Positions 12,190 through 24,544 of a stretch of DNA of 59,135 bases are shown piece by piece; position 1 is the first letter of the stretch, and every line of letters starts with the position of its first letter. Both the position numbers and the translations under genes were made by a program. Below the pieces are notes generated by a model, which searched no databases, had not been told where the DNA came from, and saw only the letters and a program-made list of their open reading frames with translations. This DNA comes from Octopus bimaculoides (taxonomy: Eukaryota). The DNA is taken from assembly GCF_001194135.2 (NCBI RefSeq), contig NC_068994.1:29550519-29609653 (forward strand), in the 5' to 3' direction.

Positions 12190-12480
12190 ACCTAATACGT
12201 ATATTTCCTATTTAGTACTGGAGATGTTTCATTTATGAGAACGTACTCCTGTATTTGCTTAAGTCCTTCGGGTCCTTCGGGTCCTTCGGGTGCTTGGATA
12301 AAATGCAGATGTCAAGATGACCCAGTGTGCCTCCATACTGGTCGCAGGCATATTGGTAGAGTATGGGTGACTGTTTTTTGTCGTCATATTGTCTTAAATT
12401 TTCATTTAGGCTCTCCGTAATGCTCCAAGATATCACACCTATGTATATCATGTTCTTGTCTTTATAAGCGCCTTCTATGC
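12190..12480 (-). pseudogene. Penelope-like GIY-YIG fragment with 9-bp tandem triplication
   Basis: MIYIGVISWSITESLNE..SPILYQYAC..ILSKHPKDPKDPKD; (gtccttcgg)x3 at 12263-12289. Confidence 0.65.
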
Positions 12481-12520
12481 ACCTATGACAAGAACATGAT
12501 ATGCACAGATGAGATATCTA

Positions 12521-12559
<39 letters not shown>

Positions 12560-12840
12560 TATATTATTTTATTGTGTCTGGGGAGAGACATTCTCTTTTA
12601 GTGCCTTATTATTCAACACATTCACCAGTTCAACTTCCACTCATTTACTTATTTATTTTTCCTAAAATTTTCGTTGCGCCTTGCAACCTTTTCAATAGTC
12701 GTTGACTCTGTCCGTTATCCGAACTGCGTTCTTTTTTTTGTTTTTGCGCATGTGTGTGGGTCAGTGTGCGTGCGCTTACACATATGTATGTATGTATGTA
12801 CGTATGTATGTATGTATGTTTGTATGTACGTATGTGTGTA

Positions 12841-12891
<51 letters not shown>

Positions 12892-15789
12892 NNNNNNNNN
12901 NNNNNNNNNNNNNNNNNNNNNNNNNNNNNNNNNNNNNNNNNNNNNNNNNNNNNNNNNNNNNNNNNNNNNNNNNNNNNNNNNNNNNNNNNNNNNNNNNNNN
13001 NNNNNNNNNNNNNNNNNNNNNNNNNNNNNNNNNNNNNNNNNNNNNNNNNNNNNNNNNNNNNNNNNNNNNNNNNNNNNNNNNNNNNNNNNNNNNNNNNNNN
13101 NNNNNNNNNNNNNNNNNNNNNNNNNNNNNNNNNNNNNNNNNNNNNNNNNNNNNNNNNNNNNNNNNNNNNNNNNNNNNNNNNNNNNNNNNNNNNNNNNNNN
13201 NNNNNNNNNNNNNNNNNNNNNNNNNNNNNNNNNNNNNNNNNNNNNNNNNNNNNNNNNNNNNNNNNNNNNNNNNNNNNNNNNNNNNNNNNNNNNNNNNNNN
13301 NNNNNNNNNNNNNNNNNNNNNNNNNNNNNNNNNNNNNNNNNNNNNNNNNNNNNNNNNNNNNNNNNNNNNNNNNNNNNNNNNNNNNNNNNNNNNNNNNNNN
13401 NNNNNNNNNNNNNNNNNNNNNNNNNNNNNNNNNNNNNNNNNNNNNNNNNNNNNNNNNNNNNNNNNNNNNNNNNNNNNNNNNNNNNNNNNNNNNNNNNNNN
13501 NNNNNNNNNNNNNNNNNNNNNNNNNNNNNNNNNNNNNNNNNNNNNNNNNNNNNNNNNNNNNNNNNNNNNNNNNNNNNNNNNNNNNNNNNNNNNNNNNNNN
13601 NNNNNNNNNNNNNNNNNNNNNNNNNNNNNNNNNNNNNNNNNNNNNNNNNNNNNNNNNNNNNNNNNNNNNNNNNNNNNNNNNNNNNNNNNNNNNNNNNNNN
13701 NNNNNNNNNNNNNNNNNNNNNNNNNNNNNNNNNNNNNNNNNNNNNNNNNNNNNNNNNNNNNNNNNNNNNNNNNNNNNNNNNNNNNNNNNNNNNNNNNNNN
13801 NNNNTATATAATACAAAGAATATGTATGCATGTATACCCACATATATGTACATACTTACATCTACATGTGTATATAGGTGCATATCAGGGTATAGGACGT
13901 TAGAAAAATGAACTACAGACAACGGAACGAACACATAGGAAAACAGATAGCCACTTGGAATTAATCCTTCGTCAGCTGCCTCTATTCTAACTAGACGTTT
14001 ATATATGCATACATACATACATACGTACATACATACATGCATGCATACATACATACATACATACATACATACATGCATAAGTACATAGATACTTACATAC
14101 ATATGTGTAAGCGCACGCACATCGACCCACACACAAACAAATAAAAATAACGCAGTTCGGATAACGGACAGAGTCAACGACTATTGAAAAGGTTGCAAGG
14201 CGCAACGAAAATTTTAGAAAAAATAAATAAGTAAATGAGTGGAAGTTGAACTGGTGAGTGTGTTGAATAATAAGGCACTAAAAGAGAATGTCTCTCTCCA
14301 GACACAATAAAATAATGTGTGTGTGTGTGTGTGTGTGTACGCGGGCGCGCATAACGAATAGCTTCCTAGATTCTCCACCAGAACTAGAAACCGAATCTAC
14401 ATTTTTCTACAAGGTTCTCTTCCTATTGTTCTCGGCTTTTGCACTAGAAAATTTATGTGTTAGTTGTTAACCCGTAACTTTTCGAATGAAACTTAGGCCA
14501 AAGCAGAAAGGAGACAAATCCGTTCCATCTCTCATCCGTTCTTCTAGCTGTCAACTAAAGATGCACTTAATTACCTACAGAATAGAAAACAGAATGGCAA
14601 ATAATCTGTGTATATCAACAACTCGAAGAAGCTGTATCTTACATTGTATCGATGAAACTAAAAAGGTCCATTTCAGTTACTAATATTTTTTCTCTCTCAT
14701 TTATTCGGTGCATGTATTCGTTACATATGTTTAAGAGATGAGTAATAAGATGTCGACTTACATAAGATAATAGGTACCTATAAGTGGTGAGATCGAATTT
14801 GTTTCTAAACTCCAGCTTTCAGCGCAGGTGTGTAATAGCTGCCAAAATGAAGATTGTAGGTGATGTTCAGATCGACCTGGTATGTGTACAGTTGAACAAA
14901 GGCATAAACAGGCAAGGTATCAAGTCATTTATACTATAAAAATATATTGAAGAGGAATGCAAATCCTTCCCGAAACACAACAAAATATATACAGGAGGAC
15001 GTTAGGAACTGCCCTCGGGAGTTTTCCCGATTTTTGCTAAATATGTTCTTTTATCTATTTTCGCCTTTCTCTTAATATATTCAATAGGTTTTATAAGACG
15101 AAATATACTACAAACTGACTTGAGACATGTGTATGCTGTATGTATGTATGTATGTATGTATGTATGTATGTATGTATGTATGTATGTATGTATGTATGCA
15201 CGTATGTACGTGCGTGCATGCATGCAAACATACATGCATACACACACACATACATACATACATACATACATACATACATACATACATGGACCAAGAGATT
15301 TAATGTGGATGTGTGCAATATACACAGTGAATTTATATAGTCTTTGTCATATAATTCAGTGAAAAAGAAAATATTTACCAAAGTAGGGACGATAAAGAAG
15401 TCAAAAGTTCCGTGTCTATGGTCCATCACGCACCAACGTCAAATCTGGGAAGTGGTTGAATTTCGACTGTGGAAAGGGCTGAGGTTAATTCCAGAGCGGG
15501 GTAAATTGTTTCGGTCTTTCTCTCTCTTCTATCTTCTCTTCTCTGTCTCTCCCCCTCTCTCTATCTCTTATTAATTTTCACCTTATTCAGAAGTGAATTT
15601 CTCACAACAAAGATGATACCATGCTCTTTGATCTCGTCTAAGCTCTTTCCCGGCCAGAAAAATATATAGTTTCTCCCATAGTTCCTAATTCTGCAAGACG
15701 TGTATCTTGTAGTATTTCAATGTCCAGCTGAAATTATAGCAGTTAATTGTTAATCATCACTGTCTTTCGTGTTTTACAGATCTTCAGAA

Positions 15790-17200
15790 GGTTATCTGAC
15801 AATCCAGTGGTCATGGTCTGTACATTCTAGTATCCTAACCTGAGTAGTGACTCCGTTTGATCTCTTGATGGCTTTAGTGTAGTTTTTACCATCCACAATG
15901 CAGGCTGTTTTGTACTCTAATCCCTTTACACCCACTGAGGCAGGCGGACTGTGGCAGGACAGTATTTTGTTGGTTGTGGTCTGCCCAGTTTGAAGAGGAG
16001 AGCAGCTGTCCATTGAGAAACAATGGCTCTCACTCAGTCTAAATCTGTCCCTGCCATCTGGCGCCGCACCAATTTGAATACATGCTTATAATCGTAATAC
16101 AACGACTTTCCGTGGTGATTTTGGAGTGCACTTTCCAGGGCGCAAGCCAGGACAGAGTTAATATGAGAGACCAGCTGTTGTTCATGTAACAAGTTTTCCA
16201 TCTCAAGCTACTGATGTTTTCCAAAAGAAGCAAGGGCCAGTACAATTTGACACCAATGTTATCGTAGAAGTTACCAGAGCAATATTGGAAACAACGTAAG
16301 ATTCTCTCAGGGACTTCATCTCTGAATTTTTCTTCAGAATTTACTCCTGAAGCTTTTGCCAATGGCTGGGTATGGCAGCAATGCAGCAAGGATTTTTCTT
16401 GTTTTAGATGAACTACCTTTCCAGGCTAATAATTTCCCTTTACTCGAAGTATTGGTTTTAAGGCACTAGCTCTTGCCTTTACACTTCTTTTCCTCTCAGT
16501 AGAAGCAGTTCCACTGAATTTCGAGACTAAGTCACCCTAATAGGTAATGGGTTGGACTTGATGTTATTCCCACTACCATTTTTCGGCCTGATTATCTTGG
16601 ATCCATGAATATGTTATTAGCATATTCTGGTGCTGTGTGTTTATGTTTGATAACGACTTTGTTTTCCACGTTAGTCACATTGATACTGTGAATGTTGACC
16701 TGAGTTGGCAGTTCATAGGCACCCCGAACTAAGAAACTTCAGCTACGCAAGTCAACAAACTTTTCCATGATGTTTCTTGGTATCGCAAATGATGTTTATA
16801 ACCTGATGTTTGTAGAGTTTAACCAACTCTATAGACTGGAACGTTGACGAAAAAGTTTTTGACGAATAAGGAAATTTTGCCTAATTTGCATCGTTTGCAT
16901 TTCTGTTTTTGAACATGTTCAATACAAAACATTGGATATATTTGGATTAAGTTCAAAGTCGCATTTTGTTGGAGAAATATGGAGTCGATAGCTTTGTATC
17001 ACTAATACTAACTTCAATAACGTGAACGAGAAGCCAACTTGTTGATTGTTATAAACCCAATTGTTAGCTATTGATGGGTGGTTCGATCTGAGAGCAAGGC
17101 AATGGGTAGTGTGAATAGAGACAACTAACTCGATGACATCAGCCGAAAGAGAAAAGGACCAATGTTCATACGAATCACCAAAGTACATAGTCTATTAAAG
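15790..17200 (-). mobile_element. Degenerate DNA transposon remnant, probably AcademX (XPG-like domain plus Cys-rich finger)
   Basis: Across frames: LHCCHT (cf. SGCDT), ESALQNHHGKSLYY (cf. PPTxSALxxHxxRxYYQ), NGQL and CLSGCKG..HCG. Many stops and frameshifts. Confidence 0.45.
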
Positions 17201-17341
17201 TCCAGAGGGATTTTGATTTCAGACTACGGTAAGACAAAACTGAGTACTGCAATATAATACATAAGTTAATTTTAACATATTAAATGTAGGGGGCATCATA
17301 AGCGCTAATTAGAAATAATTATGTGGAGAGGAAAACGGCGA

Positions 17342-17447
17342 AGGTAAAGAATACGCACACCCGGCGATTAAGGTTAGGGTTAGGGTTTAGGGTTTAGAGT
17401 TAGGTTAGTGCTAGACCGAAAACGGGTGGTATGCGTATTCTTTACCT
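17342..17447. repeat. Small inverted-repeat element enclosing TTAGGG-type repeats
   Basis: aggtaaagaatacgca / tgcgtattctttacct (16-bp perfect arms) flank ggttagggttagggtttagggtttagagttaggttag. Confidence 0.8.
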
Positions 17448-20400
17448 CCCCCGAGGGAGAAAATAATATTGATCTTTGATTAATTTTTTTTTTATCGAAT
17501 TACAAGACAATTGATCCCGAATTTCTTGCTGTCAAGTTTTATCCCTGATATACTTGTAGCGTACACTTGAGTGAAATTCCTCTCCTCTCTATTATATATA
17601 TATACATACATACGAACGTAGTAGATAAAAGCTAGCCTTTAGCCGTATTTTAGACTCTGTTGTGTTTACTACTCTGATTGATTGGTATTGGCGCAATTTG
17701 CCTTTTGCTTTATCGCGCGCCAATATGCAACCCAACCAATCGCAGCCTTCAAATAAGGTCACGCGTGACAGCCTGTTTTCTACCTCAGCTGAGCCTACAA
17801 CTCCTTATAAAAAAACCCTTTCCTCGTCTCGATGTCATTCNNNNNNNNNNCGTCCAACAGCATTCGGGGACCTCCATCTCCGTCGCCACCATTCGTCCTA
17901 ACGTCTACATCTCTCTACGTACTCGCCCCGGTTACAGCACTGCACTGTTCGTGAACTACTTCACCATGGATCAACAACGAATATACAACCTGCGAGAACT
18001 CCTGTACCAAGTGACCCAGGTGGTAGCATCACAGTTACAACTTCACGTACGACATGTACCGCAACCGGCTCTGCATCATCGCTGCAACTTCTTGATACAG
18101 TATTTTAACTATCGTCTACAATTGACTACGAACTGGTGTTTATCATTCTTGTGTCTATGAACTTACTCCTCACTTCGATGGCTACAAACTCTTTCACTGT
18201 CTCTTCTTCATCGCCATCCTTGTATGTTCTTAACGGGCATACATCTATGCCTACATACACACGCATACATCTTATTCTTATGATGGCCTGTCTATTATTC
18301 TGTATATATGCCGCACACACATGTTAACATATCAATAAATCTTCTTTTAAACATTCTACCCGGATGAGTCTCTTATTTCCCTCTAGAACATATATGCATT
18401 GTTCTATTTATATTTATTGTATCGACCGTGTGATGTACTAAGGAGCCATTCTCATCACCTCAGTTCGCACGGACGTCACAAGTCGGCGACCCGTTCCAGC
18501 TCCTTGAAACAACAAAACAATTATAATGGGAGAAGGGGATACTCCACAGGTATCTAAACTTTCATGCCTATTATATACTAAACATTATCGATTCAATCTA
18601 CACTCTGTCTTCAAAACTGAAAGGAAACAGTATTTATATGGAATTCTTAATAAGTTCTTGATAGTGATGAAATCAACATACAATATTGTTGAGTTAATGA
18701 TAAATATTGCTTTTCCCTGACGGCATAATTATTACTTGTTTCAAAATTAGATTATCTTTGCATTAAATACATTAATCCTAATACAACAATTTTCTGAATA
18801 GCTTAGTCACGTAGATGGGGTTGCGCATATGACTCTTTGTAGACCTTCCAAAACTAGTGAGGGTGATGCGCTTGATAATCACCTCGATCATTTACAAGAA
18901 ATAAGAACTAGATTTGCTTCAGATCACATCCTACTAATTTAGAAAAGGACACATACATAGATTAATATGATTCTAAAAACATTTTTGTGCGGTTGGGGAA
19001 GGGAAACAAGTTGATGGCTGTTGGAACACATTTATAGACCTGCAGTAGTCGGGCGGACCTGGTGCTAAACAACATAAATTTGTTTTCTCAACAAATTTAT
19101 TCTGTAAAGTATTTTATTGATCAAGTCGCCTTAAACGAGGATATAGCAGCTCATTGTTTATCTCAAATCAAAACCGTAATAACTGCAGCCTCGACTCTTC
19201 TGAAATTATTAACCGAACATTTCTTTCGATTAAATCGTTTAAATGTAATCATTTCTACAAGTGTCTGAGTTCCATACTCAACATTAAACACTTTATCACA
19301 CTGTCCGCTCTTCGATGTAACTGGAAACACAGGGAGGTTAGATAATAATTCTTGCGTAATTTGCAAAAACATTTGTAAAATGTCTATCCGATATTACGAT
19401 CACTTTAACTACTTAAGTTCAAGACGGCGATAGAATTTGTTAGATGACGACTTCCCAGCTAACTCTAGCTGCTGTCGATCCTCACTATCTGTCGCAGGCG
19501 GTGGACATTTTGTACAGACGGTTTATTCTTTAACCATACACCGTTTTCACCTCACTGTGTATGTTTGTGAGTACTTGACTCTTGTTATCATCATCATCAT
19601 TACTGTCGTTATAATGGTCTTAGGCAAGGAATGAACTCCACTATGTTTCATTCTCGTTCTTCTAAAAATTTAATGCTTTTAACCTATGTAAGCAACAATT
19701 ATTCTAATTTTTATTGTGGTTATTGTTGTCGAAGTTAAATGTAAAATTGTTTTCCCTTTCATTTGACATTCCTCAAACTGAGCATTTAAGATCCCCCATT
19801 CACACACATAAATACATACACGTATTCATATATATATATGTGTGTGTGTATCTTTCTCTATCTTTTGTATATATACAAAATTTAGATTCTGTATTTTCCA
19901 GTGCTCACATTGACATGTATTTTCTAATACGATGCCATCATAACTATGTACACGCAAGATATTGTCATGTAAATGTCTCGACAATTATTTGATCTTGGCA
20001 AAATAATAAATAAACAAAAAGAAGCCGCTCTCCAGACGTAGGCGTGTTCATGCTAATAGCATCGTAATTACTATAGACTCTTCAACTTAAACTGTTAATG
20101 TTGTTATATATAATCAAGTTGTTCAAAATACACACAATACATAAACACTGTATACGTATTTCATTTAAGTAGTTTTTTTTATAACTCTACGACTATTTGT
20201 TTTGTAAATATTTGACTTCAAATCATGTTGATAGTTTACATTTGAGTCATATAAATGCAATTAACGTTGGTATGGAGCTAAACAATTATTAATATGTTTG
20301 TATATGTATAAACTACATCATTTCACGTCTTACATCGCATGTCTTATCCATTCGTTCGCTGACAAATCTTTTATCCTCTGTTAAATTGCCAGGTAATTCA

Positions 20401-20802
20401 CTCGCAAACACTTAATCATGCATACAGCATTGTTTCCGACTTAGACACAAGGCCTTAAATTTGCTGTTAAGTGTATACTCGATTAAATTAACTCCTGTAC
20501 TTTATTTTATTGACTCCGAAAAAGCAAATTGTCCTCGGCAAGATTTGAACATTCTCCCCGATGCTACCAATCTTATCAGAAGTAGAGATATCCTTTGTCT
20601 TGTCCGGTCCACCCATGATAATATATATATATATATATATTATATATGTATATATAAACAATTGCAGCGTGGAAGGTGTTTATAAGCAATTTAAAAACAC
20701 GAAAACCGTTAGATTCACTTCAATATTTTAATTTAATTTACCAAAATGTTTTCATCGCTTTGAGATCGTGACCTGTTCACTGACAAAATTCCGTGCTGCA
20801 TC

Positions 20803-20842
<40 letters not shown>

Positions 20843-20930
20843 GACCACTAGTCCTCGGACGTTTTTTTTTTTACGTATGCTGACCACTGGTTCAAACTGG
20901 TATTATTTAATATTAATTTCTACCCTTATT

Positions 20931-20965
<35 letters not shown>

Positions 20966-22740
20966 CACACAAAATTCAGTAAATATTAAATGTATGTATG
21001 TGTGAATCTCCCGTAGCTTCATACCAACATTGATTGTGAACTTAACCCAGCCTTTTGTTTATTTTTGTTTTGTTCTTCGCCATATGTGTATGTGTTTGCA
21101 AGCTCTAAGTCTTAAAAGACACTTCGTATTTTTGTCGGGTTGACGCTTATTTACGCCTGTTCTTTAAATCAGTCTAACGATGTAGTTATAATCCATTATC
21201 GCACCATATTGGAGAGTTTCGTCTTTCGTCTGGTAACTAACAATTTCGCGTTTTTACTCTCACTCTTTTACTTTCACTTGACGCCCACCTATAATAACCA
21301 AAGGGAGAGCCTTCTGTGTAGTTACTCGACCTGTCAGAAATAGTAACCAAATCTCCAGTCACTCTTCTTTCCTGAAGTGGACGAGCATTGGCTACAAATT
21401 CTCATTGCTATACGTAAACAATGTTTCCTTCATTTTTTTTGTAAAATTATAATTACTATGAAATATTATCTTCATTTGTTTCAAGGCTTACTACTTGAGC
21501 ATTATGTTTGATATAATTTATTTTCGAAATTAGAAATAAAGCATTTCTCCTTCGTTATTAAACTAATTTATTAGTTTCGTCTTATTTGAAATACTTTTGA
21601 AAAGAAATAGCGACTAAGGATGCGGGATTACTTGAGTTTGTCCAAGAAGATTTTACTACTATTTCTAGTCGTCAAAGCGCCTGTCCCTTTTCGTATTTTT
21701 CGAACCAATATCAATAGGAAATATCTTCAATTATTTTATTACTTTCGATCTTTATTATAATGTTTATTAGTTATTTCAGTGCTTGTTTCTGCGTTTCGTA
21801 TAACTATTTAAAAGTTCTTTCAATAATTTTTTTGTTTCCATCGTTCTTCAAAATGTTTATACATTGTGAAATGATTATTGTACGTGAATTGACAAGCTAA
21901 AGTGTGATAAGCAGAACTGCTTTGGTGAAAAGTGAAACTGTTATTACATGTTATGTAAAACTGATTTTGAACTTCAGTTGTTTGCGTTTTTACTGTTCCT
22001 TAAATATTCCAACTGTTAATAAGAATAAAAGATGTATGATTGAGGGGAATGAGTGTTAACACATCTAATGCATTAACAAGCGTACTAGAAATAAATATTC
22101 TTTCCGTTTTGGGGAAAAGCAGTTTTAAGTTTCCTGGCAAATGTTGAAGATATTTTCCGACATTTGGTTTTATTCTTCCCTCATCAGCAGACCATATGTG
22201 CATCAGAGTAGGTGGAGTGGGGGAGGTTCGCCAAAGACAACTCTTTTATTGGATCGGTACTTGTATAAACTTAGGGAGGATGGGGGAAGACACAAGGGCT
22301 GCACCTGGCAGCACCCACTGTAGTTACACCACTTCATATTTGCTGAAGTAACGGTAAAAAATGACGCATGCTACCTATATTTCCTTCGCTGCACCTCACT
22401 TTTCTATTATTAGTTAGGCCGTTCTGCAGATTAGCAGAATTGTCTGTGTCGGACAAAATGCCTTGTGGTATTTGTTCTAGCGCTACTACACTCTGAGTTC
22501 GAATCTCACAGAAATCACGTTTGCCTTTCATACTTCTGGGGTCGGATAGAAATAAAGTACCAATCAAATACTGTATTCAATATTACCGATTGTTCTCCCT
22601 CCTCCTATTTTTAGCCAGGCTGAAGCGTGAGTTGACAAAATTGGTACTGCAACAAGCAACATACTTTCTCAGTAGCATAGCCGAGGAAATGCAACATTCT
22701 GACCAGGGCAGTACTTTTGGGTCTGCTGTATAAGCATGTT

Positions 22741-22943
22741 TACAAGTGGGTGCTGAAAAGTTCTTGACTTTGGATTAAAGAAAATACAAGACAATCAGTT
22801 AATTATGATTTTATTCAACATATTCCTCTCTCAGATTCACACATTTATTGAAGTGGCCCTGTAAAAAAACTTGGAAGGTTGAGCCTCCAACCAGGTCTTT
22901 CACGACACCCTTAAAGCCAAGAACTTTTCAGCATGCCCTCATA
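22741..22943. mobile_element. mariner-type MITE (~200 bp)
   Basis: TIRs tacaagtgggtgctgaaaagttcttgacttt / aaagccaagaacttttcagcatgccctcata with TA ends. Confidence 0.8.
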
Positions 22944-24544
22944 GATAGGTGGTGGGGATGGAAATGCCAGGACTACCCTGGGTAGCACACACTCTAGCTA
23001 TGACACTATTTAGTTGCAGCTCTTTATGTTCAAATATTGCCAAAGTCAACTTCCCCTTTTATCCTTTGGGGTGGGGTTTGATAAAATAAAGGTGCTGTCA
23101 GCTACAAGTATCAGTGTGATTCACAATGTCCTTTCTCCTACCATTAATAAAAGAAAAAAAAAAAATTCATGGCCTTGTGCCTATATGAGAAATTAATAAT
23201 ATTTAAGACAGGCCTTGTAGTATCAGAGGTTTGAGACTCGATTTCAGTTCCTGGTCAAAACTTACTTCCCTTTTACAACCTTTATTTTCCCTCTTCCCTA
23301 AATATATGTAGCCTTACAATTATTTGTTATTTGTAAAGCACATGCATGGCTATGTGGTTAAGAAGCCTGCTTCCCACTCATTGCGGTCTTGGAATTAAAT
23401 GCCTCGTCTAGTACATTCAGAATCTGAGGATGCTGGTGATAGTGTGTGTCGGTAACAATTACTTTAAATAAGAGTTTGTAAAATAAGTTGAATTTACTGC
23501 ATGGAGTGAAGATTTTATGTGTAGGTGGAGGCAGTTTTTGAGAAAAACGACGCACATTGGGATTTTAGTTTTCAAAATTGTTAGAATTCAATCCAGTTTC
23601 CATAAGGGCAAGATTACAGGCGACATCCTGAAGTGCAAAATTCCATAATCAGAATTTTCATAACACAGGACTATATGTGTGTTTGTGTGTGTGTGTGTAT
23701 GTATGTTTGTATATATGTATGTGTATGTATGTATATGAATGTTTGTATATATATATATANNNNNNNNNNNNNNNNNNNNNNNNNNNNNNNNNNNNNNNNN
23801 NNNNNNNNNNNNNNNNNNNNNNNNNNNNNNNNNNNNNNNNNNNNNNNNNNNNNNNNNNNTTATATAATTTTCAGATTTATGGCTGGTCTTGTTTAAGTAA
23901 AGTAATAACTACATGGTTGAGGTAGCATTTACCAACTGTTCATATTCAACTGCAGAAAAATCCTTGCTCTCACCCGAAACCATCAAAAACGAGATGTAAA
24001 CCTAACACAGAAAATAAAAATAAACGAAAAACCAAAAGTAAACAGAAAAGGATTATTTGAAACAATATCTAAGTTGCAATGGATATTTTTCCTATACAGA
24101 GAAAGCTTTGTTTATAACTCCTTCATTTCAGGCTGCAACTGAACCTTTTTTAGCAAAACCTTCTGCTCCACACAATTTCTTTTGTAAAAAATGTTAATGG
24201 CTGTTTAGTTCTTGGATTCCATAATATGTCATGAAGTTGAATTGAGAGAATATGAAAACAAAGTAGTGAAAAAGTTAAAGAGACAAAAAAAATACACTTT
24301 CCTTTTAAATGTCAACTACTGGAAGCTTCTAATAATGTTTTCCTTTTATATGTTTTATTCAACTGTGTTTATTTTATACAATTGAGTGAATAGTTATAGA
24401 TCATGTGGCACATCTATATACGAGTGTTTAATATCTTTGAATAGAGGAATATTTGTTTGAAGGAGGTTTATAATATGATATTCATTAAAAAGTAACATCA
24501 CAAAGTGATTTGAGAAATTAAGCTTTCATTTATCATTATAAATA

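Noticed and set aside
18780-19400. Possible CR1/L2 LINE endonuclease remnant
   Set aside because: Motif similarity is too weak to support a call without a search.
20650-20800. Repeat with a stem followed by GAAA on the minus strand, hammerhead-like
   Set aside because: No CUGANGA core; kept only as an unclassified repeat.
22150-22200. Minus-strand CTGATGAGGG..ACCAAATGTCGG
   Set aside because: The GAAAC half is mutated and stem I does not pair; at best a dead hammerhead relic.
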